64,000 bases of DNA from Myxococcota bacterium (GTDB lineage Bacteria; Myxococcota_A; Polyangia; Polyangiales; Houyiibacteriaceae): positions 32,001-96,000 of the forward strand of contig JBCCEA010000009.1 in the NCBI GenBank assembly GCA_039030515.1. Reading direction: 5' to 3'. A model generated the notes under the pieces. That model worked only from the letters and a program-made list of their open reading frames with translations. It made no database searches and was not told the DNA's origin. Positions 12,085 through 19,957 of the stretch are shown here, one piece after another. A program made the translations under genes and the position numbers. Every line of letters begins with the position of its first letter. Position 1 is the first letter of the stretch.

Positions 12085-14046
12085 ATGACGCTACGGGAGT
12101 CAAGGCGGAGCGAACTGCCCATCATCGGGCTTTTTCATTCCGGCCTGTATGTTGCAAAACTCTCAAAAACCGCTGCGCCTAGTCTTACCACCATACTGAT
12201 GGTGCTCACCCTGGTCAGCGGAGCCACACCAGCGGCGGTCGCTTGGGTAGGCAAGCTGATACTCGACGGCGTGATCGAAGCAAAGTCATCTGCTTCGCCA
12301 ACGCCCTATCTTTTCATCGTCATCGAGGCAGGCATGACCGGCTTATGGATGCTTTCGATGCGCGCCTCGGGCACTGTTCGCACATTGCTCGGACTTAGAC
12401 TTTCAGAATGGGTACGTGACTCGATTCTGCGCCAGACGACGAAGCTGACGCTTGCCGAGCTGGAGGTGCCCAAAGTACACGATCAGATCACTCGACTGAG
12501 AAAAGAGGCAAGCAATCGCCCGGTAGCGCTTCTACAGCGAAGCTTTGAACTCGTACGCCACGCCACGTCTCTGCTGAGCTATGGAGCGCTGATCATAGCA
12601 TTCTCTGGATGGTTGGCAGTGTTACTCGTGATAGCCAGCTTACCTACGTTATTTACAGAGGTAGGTTTCGCGAAACGTCAATTTCAACTTAGCCTACTGC
12701 GGTCTAAAGCCAACCGTGAACGGAACTACATTGAAAATGTACTTTCGAGAGAGGATTTTGCCAAAGAAGTCCGTCTATATAACCTAGGTGATACGCTCGT
12801 AAGCAGGTTTCAGAGGATCACTGATGGGCTACTAACTGACGAAAGAAAGCTTCTTCAAAAGAAAGAGCTCACCTACACTGCTGCAAGCGTGGTTTCGACC
12901 GGCGCGTTCTTTACGGCATATGTATGGATTGTATCAGAGACCATCACCGGTTCATTGAGCATTGGGGAAATGACGATCATGTTGATCGCGTTCCGACAAT
13001 CACAAACGTCAGTGTCGAACAGCGCAGCAAACCTTGGAACGATGTATGGAGATCATCTCTACGTAGCGGACTTAAGGTCCTTTCTCGAATCGGTGAAGCT
13101 CGAAACGCATTTGGATTCCACGAGATTTGCTGCCACTCCAGAGCAACAAGCATCCCGGGCTCCCGAGCGATCCGGGATCCGGCTAGAAGGTGTGCGTTTT
13201 CGATATCCGGGCAGTTCCACGTATGCACTGGATGGGATCGATCTTTCGATTCCGCCGGGGGCTCTGGTGGGCGTTGTAGGTCGGAACGGTTCGGGAAAAT
13301 CGACGCTCGTCAAACTGATCGCTGGCTTCTATCAACCCACGGAAGGAACGATCTGGGTCGACGACAAACGCCTGGACTCGATCGATCGCCAGAACTTCCT
13401 TTCACGACTTGCGATTCTTTTTCAGGATCACGCCCGTTTCAAATTCACGGTTGCCGACAATATCGGTTTTGGCAACACCAGTCGTCTACAGGATGAGAAC
13501 GAGATCTGGCTTGCCGCAAAAAAGGCTTACGCCAGTGACTTCATAGAGCGACTACCTCGAAAACTCTCCACGCGACTTGGGAGATCATTTGAGGGGGGTA
13601 TGGACCTGTCCGGAGGTCAGTGGCAGAAGTTGGCTCTCGCAAGGGCACTTATCCGGACTGAAGCTGACTATCTGATTCTAGATGAACCGACGGCCGCCCT
13701 GGATGCACTTTCGGAACAACAGCTCCTAACCCAGCTTCAATCACAGAGGAACCCAACCGAGAAGGATACGCACTCGGGGCAGCATGCCCAGCTTCGGAAC
13801 CGCTCGGTACTGCTGATCTCACACCGTCTCGCGACACTGCAGCATGCAGACGTGGTCTTGGTTCTCGACAAGGGCAGGCTTGTCGAGCAGGGGACTCACG
13901 ATCAGCTGATCGTTCGCGACGGCCTTTACTCCAAACTTTTCGAGGCTCAAGCCTCCGCATACACGGGGTTTGATGGCCACCGCTCAACATTCCCACCTGG
14001 TCTTCAAACCACGCGATCGGCCTCTCAAACCACGGAGGGGACCTAA
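12085..14046 (+). CDS. ABC exporter, fused permease/ATP-binding protein
   Basis: N-terminal TM helices; GRNGSGKST, LSGGQWQK, LILDEPT, LISHR. Confidence 0.93.
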   Translation: MTLRESRRSELPIIGLFHSGLYVAKLSKTAAPSLTTILMVLTLVSGATPAAVAWVGKLILDGVIEAKSSASPTPYLFIVIEAGMTGLWMLSMRASGTVRTLLGLRLSEWVRDSILRQTTKLTLAELEVPKVHDQITRLRKEASNRPVALLQRSFELVRHATSLLSYGALIIAFSGWLAVLLVIASLPTLFTEVGFAKRQFQLSLLRSKANRERNYIENVLSREDFAKEVRLYNLGDTLVSRFQRITDGLLTDERKLLQKKELTYTAASVVSTGAFFTAYVWIVSETITGSLSIGEMTIMLIAFRQSQTSVSNSAANLGTMYGDHLYVADLRSFLESVKLETHLDSTRFAATPEQQASRAPERSGIRLEGVRFRYPGSSTYALDGIDLSIPPGALVGVVGRNGSGKSTLVKLIAGFYQPTEGTIWVDDKRLDSIDRQNFLSRLAILFQDHARFKFTVADNIGFGNTSRLQDENEIWLAAKKAYASDFIERLPRKLSTRLGRSFEGGMDLSGGQWQKLALARALIRTEADYLILDEPTAALDALSEQQLLTQLQSQRNPTEKDTHSGQHAQLRNRSVLLISHRLATLQHADVVLVLDKGRLVEQGTHDQLIVRDGLYSKLFEAQASAYTGFDGHRSTFPPGLQTTRSASQTTEGT

Positions 14047-14072
14047 ACCGCGTCAGAGCCAAAGTAGACCCG

Positions 14073-14420
14073 CTAGGCGGACGATCGATCCGATTTCTGA
14101 GCTTGAGGTGCGGGCTTTGGCAGGGGGCGCTTCATTTCTTCATCCGCACCCGCGCGACGCTGGGCTTTGAGTTCACTCAACTGAGCACGCCACTGCTCCA
14201 GAAGTCCCTCGAGCTGAGTCAATTCGGATTCCACTCGTCGCAAGCGCCGGCCCAGCCGATCCCGAATCTGGTTGTCGGACTCACGATCCAAGGCATGACG
14301 GACTTCATCACGCACGAGCCGTATGCGCTCTACTGCATCCAGGTAGGTTTCTTTCTCGGCAAATCGACGCGCTTGAACCAGGTATAGTTCCCATCGCGCT
14401 TCAGCTTTATCGTCCATCAT
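14073..14420 (-). CDS. Hypothetical helical/coiled-coil protein
   Basis: 115-aa ORF filling the gap, amphipathic helical composition. Confidence 0.6.
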   Translation of the reverse strand: MMDDKAEARWELYLVQARRFAEKETYLDAVERIRLVRDEVRHALDRESDNQIRDRLGRRLRRVESELTQLEGLLEQWRAQLSELKAQRRAGADEEMKRPLPKPAPQAQKSDRSSA

Positions 14421-14598
14421 TGGAGCATTCGTCCGATTCTCAAGCGAAAAGGCCTAACAGATTACATAGCGGAGAACGAATCGATTCGTTTTCACAATCA
14501 CCGCAGTACCTGACCTATCGTACGACGATCCACTCGAAATGCTAGTGCGAAGCCTGTCTGGTTGACCAAAGTTCCTAGCTCGGTAGTTTTGCGTCGCA

Positions 14599-15072
14599 AT
14601 GACTCGGAATGACCTCACTGGACTCGGGGAAATCAACGCTCTTTTGGGACGAGGCACCGAATACGACGGAAAGCTCACTTTTCAAGGTCGAGTGCGGATT
14701 GACGGAAATTTTCGAGGAGAAATCTTTAGCGAAGGCATCTTGATCTTGGGGGATGAGGCGGACGTGCAAGCCAACATCACTGTGGGAACCCTCATCATAC
14801 GTGGCGGCAGCGTTCGGGGAGACATCACCGCACATCAGCTGATTGAGGTCCATGCACCGGGGCGAGTCATCGGTGATGTGCATGCACCTCAACTCTTCCT
14901 AGAGAAGGGCGTCATTTTCGAAGGACATTGCGTGATGAACACCAAGGTGCACGACTTCAGTTCCGAAGGCCCGGACTTGAGCTTCAGTTCACCGGGCGGA
15001 TCGCCAGAAGACCGAACGGAGCAAAAGCCAACCTCGAAGGACGAGGCAAGTCTACCCGGGTGTGTTTCGTAG
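14599..15072 (+). CDS. Bactofilin (polymer-forming cytoskeletal protein)
   Basis: LLGRGTEYDGKLTFQGRVRIDGNFRGEI...GRVIGDVHAPQLFLEKGVIFEGHCVM beta-helix pattern. Confidence 0.92.
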   Translation: MTRNDLTGLGEINALLGRGTEYDGKLTFQGRVRIDGNFRGEIFSEGILILGDEADVQANITVGTLIIRGGSVRGDITAHQLIEVHAPGRVIGDVHAPQLFLEKGVIFEGHCVMNTKVHDFSSEGPDLSFSSPGGSPEDRTEQKPTSKDEASLPGCVS

Positions 15073-15081
15073 CGGCAGCGT

Positions 15082-16068
15082 TCACTCGATCTCGGCGCCA
15101 GTCGGGTTGTTCGCATCAGGCGAAGCGCGGTGTATTTCGGCAGGCTCGATGCGCTCGACTGCATACATGAAGGACTTACTGGGGACGTCTCCACAACTCT
15201 TGATGCGAAACCCCTGAAATACTCGTCTTATCTGGATTCGATACGGTCCGTCGACCCCTTGCAGTTGCACTGCATGCACCGCTCCATCGTGCGCATCGAC
15301 TTCAGGCGACATAACGCCAAGGAAGCTTACGTCCGACAACTGCATCCAACCCCGATGATTTCGAAGCGCGACGTCTGCTACTTGAACTAAAGCTTCACGG
15401 CCGACTTGACCCTTGACCTTCTCAAGCACGTGGTAGCGTCCGGACTCGTGGGCTTCAAACAGTCCGGACACATCCTCCGGTTCAACCCTCCCGTAGGCAA
15501 CTCCCTCGGGCAAACAAACCACGTTGGCAGAAAATCGGTGCCCTCCGAGATGGGTGGTCGGCAGGGCCCGCTCTGAGGCCACGTTTTTGAAGGCGCGCAG
15601 TACGGGAAGTCCCCATTTGGCACAACACCGATCCCTCTTCCCGTGCGTGCACACCAAGTAGATGGGCGATTCCACAAGCTGGCCCTTGGGCGGAAGCCGA
15701 TAGCGCAGTGCGGGTAGATCAAGAGAGAGCAACTCTGCCTCTGTGAGTCCATCCAAACGAACCAGCCGGGGCGAGGAAATATCGACAAACGCCACGAACA
15801 TCCCGAACGAACGGCCTCCCTTAGAACTACCGGCAGCCTGCGCCCGAGACTTCGAAGAGCGCACCAACTGTAGGCGAGACCCTTCAATATTTTGTAGCCA
15901 GAGCTTGAGTCGGGAAACGACGGCCGGAGAGAGCTCGGCAGAATCCATCGGATTTCTTGCCCACGCTCCCGAAGTTTCGAGCAGTATCCAAGTCGACGCC
16001 GTCGGAGCCGTTCCCCACATGGACTCGCCCAAGCGGTCGCAAAGCTCTTTACAAAAACCATCATCCAT
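15082..16068 (-). CDS. Sucrase/ferredoxin-like (Apd1/Aim32-type) thioredoxin-like [2Fe-2S] protein
   Basis: GTAPTASTWILLE, C-X8-C (CTHGKRDRCC) and HLGGH motif; start placed at ATG 16068 because the longer ORF runs through a repeat element. Confidence 0.85.
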   Translation of the reverse strand: MDDGFCKELCDRLGESMWGTAPTASTWILLETSGAWARNPMDSAELSPAVVSRLKLWLQNIEGSRLQLVRSSKSRAQAAGSSKGGRSFGMFVAFVDISSPRLVRLDGLTEAELLSLDLPALRYRLPPKGQLVESPIYLVCTHGKRDRCCAKWGLPVLRAFKNVASERALPTTHLGGHRFSANVVCLPEGVAYGRVEPEDVSGLFEAHESGRYHVLEKVKGQVGREALVQVADVALRNHRGWMQLSDVSFLGVMSPEVDAHDGAVHAVQLQGVDGPYRIQIRRVFQGFRIKSCGDVPSKSFMYAVERIEPAEIHRASPDANNPTGAEIE

Positions 16069-16142
16069 CCCGAGCAACCTACAGGAACTTCGATGACTCA
16101 GCGAGGCGAGCGCCCCCCAGCATGCCTCGCTAGGCCTGAACA

Positions 16143-16410
16143 CCCGCTTGCCTCCCAGCGGGCCTATGTCGGCCCAAACAGCTGCTTTCCTCCCATGCTC
16201 GGAGCTTGAAGTAGCCAAACTACTCCTGCGCTCCTGTGCTTCCGGGGCGCTGACTGTTTCGACCAACCTAGGCCCACTGGGGGTTGGCGCTGGCCGTTCA
16301 AACCCATCGAGACGCGCTGGGCCGGGGAGGACGAGCGTACTTAAGGTACGTTGAGCGACGAGCATCGGAGGTAAGCAGCTGTTTGGGCCGACATAGACCC
16401 CCTGGGGGGT
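16143..16410. repeat. Palindromic REP/REPIN-like element made of inverted copies of a dispersed unit
   Basis: Perfect 24-bp inverted repeat ctatgtcggcccaaacagctgctt (16164-16187) / aagcagctgtttgggccgacatag (16373-16396); core similar to the copies at 44195-44375. Confidence 0.85.
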
Positions 16411-17724
16411 TTAGGCAGTTTCCTCGATCCTAAGAACCCTAGTTGGTTGCAGCACGTGACCCAGCAAATCGATCTCTCGAACTGCTGCGCGCATATCTCT
16501 TGCCCGTGCGAAATGGGTGACCAAAATCACCAAAGCTTCCCCGGTCTCTAACTCTTCTTGAACCAACTGCTCGATCGAAACCTCAAACGCAGCCAGCACT
16601 CCCGCAATGCGGGCAAGCACACCGGGTCGATCACGCACGGTGAGACGCAAGAAGAAACGAGCAGCCGAGGCGTCGGCTGAGGACGTATCCGGACTGGTAC
16701 CGAGACTCCCGGGAACCACGGCGTGACCCGGCACCCGCCCATGAGCACCGGAGAGGTAGTTACGTCCCACATCGACCAGATCGCTTACCACACTCATCGC
16801 CGTGGGCAGTGCTCCCGCCCCCGGTCCAGAAAGCAAACACGGACCGACCATCGCTGCATCGAGATGGACCGCGTTGAGCGCCCCGTGGATATTGGCAAAA
16901 ACGCTATCTTCTGGGACAAGGGCCGGATGCACCCGCAAATCAAGGGTGCCGTCTTCGAGACGCTTGGCCACCGCCATCGGCTTCACCGCATAGCCAAACC
17001 GAGCAGCAAAAGCGACGTCCTTTGCGGTGACTTCTTCGATTCCCTCCGTAACAATCTGATCCGGTTTGATCCGGACTCCAAAGGCCAATGTCGCAAGAAT
17101 CGCGAGCTTGTGCTGCGCATCCACTCCACGCACGTCGAGGGTTGGATCGGATTCGGCGTAGCCTTTCTCCTGGGCTTCGAGCAAAGCCGTTTCATAGGCG
17201 AGGCCAGCCACCGCCATCCGAGAGAGAATGTAGTTGCTCGTCCCGTTGACGATCCCGTGCAGAGAAGAAACTTCGTCTGACGCTAGGGCCTCACGAAGTA
17301 CCCGTATGATGGGAACTCCACCGGCCACCGCTGCCTCAAAGTAGAGGTCGAGTCCTTTTTTGTGTGCCTTACCGAGGAGCAGATCACCCTGCTGTGCGAT
17401 CAGTGCTTTGTTGGCGGTGATCACGTGTTTGCCGGCGTCGAGTGCCGCATGAACCACCTCCGAAGCTATCGTGGTGCCACCGATCACTTCGACCACCAAA
17501 TCGACTTTTGGATCGACCGCTACCTTGAGCGGATCTGAGCACAGCAGGTCTAGCGGCACCACCGGATCGCGTGGTCTGGCAACATCCCGAACCGCGATCG
17601 TGCGAACTTCAAGCGTTCCACCAAGTCGACGAGCGATCGTTTCCTGATGGTCCTCGAGCAGCTTGAGGATTCCGGTGCCTACGACCCCGCAGCCAACCAG
17701 TCCGATTCCGATCGTTTGCGTCAA
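16411..17724 (-). CDS. hom: Homoserine dehydrogenase with C-terminal ACT domain
   Basis: GCGVVG, VITANKA, FEAAVAGGVPII, GIVNGTSNYIL, GPGAGALPTA, DRPGVLARIA. Confidence 0.97.
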   Translation of the reverse strand: MTQTIGIGLVGCGVVGTGILKLLEDHQETIARRLGGTLEVRTIAVRDVARPRDPVVPLDLLCSDPLKVAVDPKVDLVVEVIGGTTIASEVVHAALDAGKHVITANKALIAQQGDLLLGKAHKKGLDLYFEAAVAGGVPIIRVLREALASDEVSSLHGIVNGTSNYILSRMAVAGLAYETALLEAQEKGYAESDPTLDVRGVDAQHKLAILATLAFGVRIKPDQIVTEGIEEVTAKDVAFAARFGYAVKPMAVAKRLEDGTLDLRVHPALVPEDSVFANIHGALNAVHLDAAMVGPCLLSGPGAGALPTAMSVVSDLVDVGRNYLSGAHGRVPGHAVVPGSLGTSPDTSSADASAARFFLRLTVRDRPGVLARIAGVLAAFEVSIEQLVQEELETGEALVILVTHFARARDMRAAVREIDLLGHVLQPTRVLRIEETA

Positions 17725-17731
17725 TCTCGCC

Positions 17732-17974
17732 TCAACTCATCAATCCACGAAGAACTGCGTAGCACAGGAGGACAAAGAACCACAGCACGGCCGGACGGCG
17801 CAAACCGGCTCGCCACGCAAAAACCGGAGTCAAAGGCGGAAGCAAACCAGCGATTCGCTTCGGCCAGCTCAGGTGATTCAGTCGTAAAACCGCAAACGCG
17901 AGCCTTAGGTGAACGACCAGTACTGCCGCGCCGGAGACGATAAGACCGAGCAGAGTCCATAGATCACGGGACAC
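17732..17974 (-). CDS. Small membrane protein
   Basis: 80 aa, hydrophobic helices, ends 7 bp before the hom start. Confidence 0.6.
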   Translation of the reverse strand: MSRDLWTLLGLIVSGAAVLVVHLRLAFAVLRLNHLSWPKRIAGLLPPLTPVFAWRAGLRRPAVLWFFVLLCYAVLRGLMS

Positions 17975-18145
17975 TCAAGCAGTCTGACACGGCGAGGCTC
18001 TCTTGGCCGAGCGATGTCGCCGCGGCAGCACGTCGACTCATCGCAAGACAACATCCGTCATGCTAAGCGGCCACGGCGCGTCGTTTTGGTAGATAGGCCC
18101 AACCACGCCAAATCCGACGCACGACAAAGTCCAGTGAGCGGCACA

Positions 18146-18178
18146 GTCCGATGAAACACCACGGTCCGATGAAACACC
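18146..18178. repeat. 15-bp direct repeat (18-bp period) duplicating the prmA start
   Basis: gtccgatgaaacacc at 18146-18160 and 18164-18178, giving two in-frame ATGs (18151, 18169). Confidence 0.85.
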
Positions 18179-19035
18179 GAGAGAGCGAAATCGATCTGCC
18201 ACGCTACCCTTACGTTCACGTCGATGTACGGTCTGAACAGGTGGAGCTCATCAGCTTGAAGCTCTTCGAGTCGGGAGCACTCGGCGTTGAAGAGCGCACC
18301 GACGAAACGATGTCCAAGGCCGAAGGTGGGGAGGTTACCCTCGTCGCCAGTTTCTCCTGCTTCTCTGACGCAGAACGCGCCATCGAGGCTCTCGGTGCCG
18401 AGCTAGCGGGTAGCCTGCAGGTCGTGCACGGGGATGCGTGGCGTGACGCGTGGCGTCGTTTTTTTCAGACGACGAAGATAGGCTCGAGACTGGTCGTGCT
18501 GCCGTCGTGGGGCGCATACGTCTCGACCGCTGACGAAGTGGTGCTCACGGTCGACCCCGGATACGCGTTCGGCAGCGGCATGCACGAATCCACCCAACTC
18601 GCCCTCGCCATCATCGAATCCCGCATCCAGGGCGGTGAAAGCGTGCTCGATGTAGGTTGCGGCAGCGGCATTCTGACCTTGGCCACGCTGCTGCTCGGCG
18701 CGAAACGTGCGGTCGGAATCGATCTGGATCCGGTAGCCATCGAGGTAGCAAAGACCAATCTCACCCACTCGGGATTTACGGACCAAGTCGAGTTGAGTAC
18801 CTGCGCAATCACAGACATCCCGGGCGAGTACGATCTGGTGGTCGCCAATATCGAGGCCGACACCCTTACCCATATGGCGACCAGCCTGCTCGCAAAGATC
18901 AAACCGGGAGGACGGCTCGTTTTGAGCGGAATCCTCGCGCATCAGGAAGACGCCATGCGGCCATGCTTTGAAGGCCTGGCAGACTTGGAAGTTCATCCGC
19001 AATGCGACTGGATCGCGATGACGGCCCGTAAGTGA
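18151..19035 (+). CDS. prmA: Ribosomal protein L11 methyltransferase
   Basis: DPGYAFGSGMHEST, VLDVGCGSGIL, YDLVVANI, GGRLVLSGIL; adjacent to rsmE. Confidence 0.95.
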   Translation: MKHHGPMKHRESEIDLPRYPYVHVDVRSEQVELISLKLFESGALGVEERTDETMSKAEGGEVTLVASFSCFSDAERAIEALGAELAGSLQVVHGDAWRDAWRRFFQTTKIGSRLVVLPSWGAYVSTADEVVLTVDPGYAFGSGMHESTQLALAIIESRIQGGESVLDVGCGSGILTLATLLLGAKRAVGIDLDPVAIEVAKTNLTHSGFTDQVELSTCAITDIPGEYDLVVANIEADTLTHMATSLLAKIKPGGRLVLSGILAHQEDAMRPCFEGLADLEVHPQCDWIAMTARK

Positions 19036-19055
19036 CGCCAGTGTACGCAGCGCTC

Positions 19056-19125
19056 GAATGACGCCGCCGAGATGACACCTCTCAAATGACACTGCTCAGA
19101 TGACGCGGCCGAGATGACACTGCGA
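19056..19125 (+). repeat. Five 14-bp tandem units, each containing ATGAC, between prmA and rsmE
   Basis: gaatgacgccgccg / agatgacacctctc / aaatgacactgctc / agatgacgcggccg / agatgacactgcga; the last ATG is the rsmE start. Confidence 0.9.
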
Positions 19126-19842
19126 CGTTTCTTCGTAGAACGAATTCCCGAGGGCTGCTCTCTCTTGGAGCTACCGGCAGCCCAGAGCGCACACGCGCGG
19201 GTGCTGCGGCTACCACAAGGCTGCGAGGTCGAGCTCTTTGACCCGGTGGGACGCACGGCTCGCGCGATCATCGAGGGCCTCGAAGCACTCACCTTGTGTC
19301 GCGTGCTCTCGACTTCGCCAGCACCCACCCATGCCCGTGCTCTAAACCTGATTCTCACGCTCCCCAAAGGCGCAAAGGTCGACGGTATCGTCCGGAGCGC
19401 AACCGAACTCGGAGTAGCGAGCATCCATTTCGCCGTAGGGGCCCATTCCGTATCGCGACCAGAAGATCGTCGAGCCGCACAAAAGATGGAGCGCCTCATC
19501 CGCATTGCTCGCGAAGCATCGCGTCAATCCGAGTCGAATCAGGTGCCCGACCTGATCGGCCCGGCGCCGTTACTGGAAGTAGCCACAAGGGTGGGACCAG
19601 AAGATACCTGTTGGGCCTTCGTGGCGCGGACCGCGAAAACGCCAGCGATCGAACCGATTCATTCGAACATCGTATGGGTTGCCGTCGGTCCAGAGGGCGG
19701 ATTTTGCGCCTCCGAAGTGGCGAAACTTTGTGAGATGGGCTTTCAAACCCAGTCCTTGGGAGACACTGTGCTGAGAGTGGAAACCGCAGCCACCGCGGGG
19801 CTCGTGCTCGCCCTTGACCGAATGCGTAGCAAGCCTGCGTAG
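19114..19842 (+). CDS. rsmE: 16S rRNA m3U1498 methyltransferase
   Basis: HARVLRL, ATELGV, EASRQSE, VGPEGGF, LGDTVLRVETA SPOUT motifs. Confidence 0.96.
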   Translation: MTLRRFFVERIPEGCSLLELPAAQSAHARVLRLPQGCEVELFDPVGRTARAIIEGLEALTLCRVLSTSPAPTHARALNLILTLPKGAKVDGIVRSATELGVASIHFAVGAHSVSRPEDRRAAQKMERLIRIAREASRQSESNQVPDLIGPAPLLEVATRVGPEDTCWAFVARTAKTPAIEPIHSNIVWVAVGPEGGFCASEVAKLCEMGFQTQSLGDTVLRVETAATAGLVLALDRMRSKPA

Positions 19843-19957
19843 CCGCAGCATTCTTCAAATAGAGCGCCACGCTTTCCGGAAGAGCGGTCGGATCAAGGGA
19901 GATGCACTGTAAGGCATTGACATTTGAAGAACGCCGGAGCGAACATAAATCTCCGAG

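Noticed and set aside
16069..16365. N-terminal extension of the sucrase-ferredoxin ORF
   Set aside because: Runs through the palindromic repeat; family-like sequence starts at MDDGFC.
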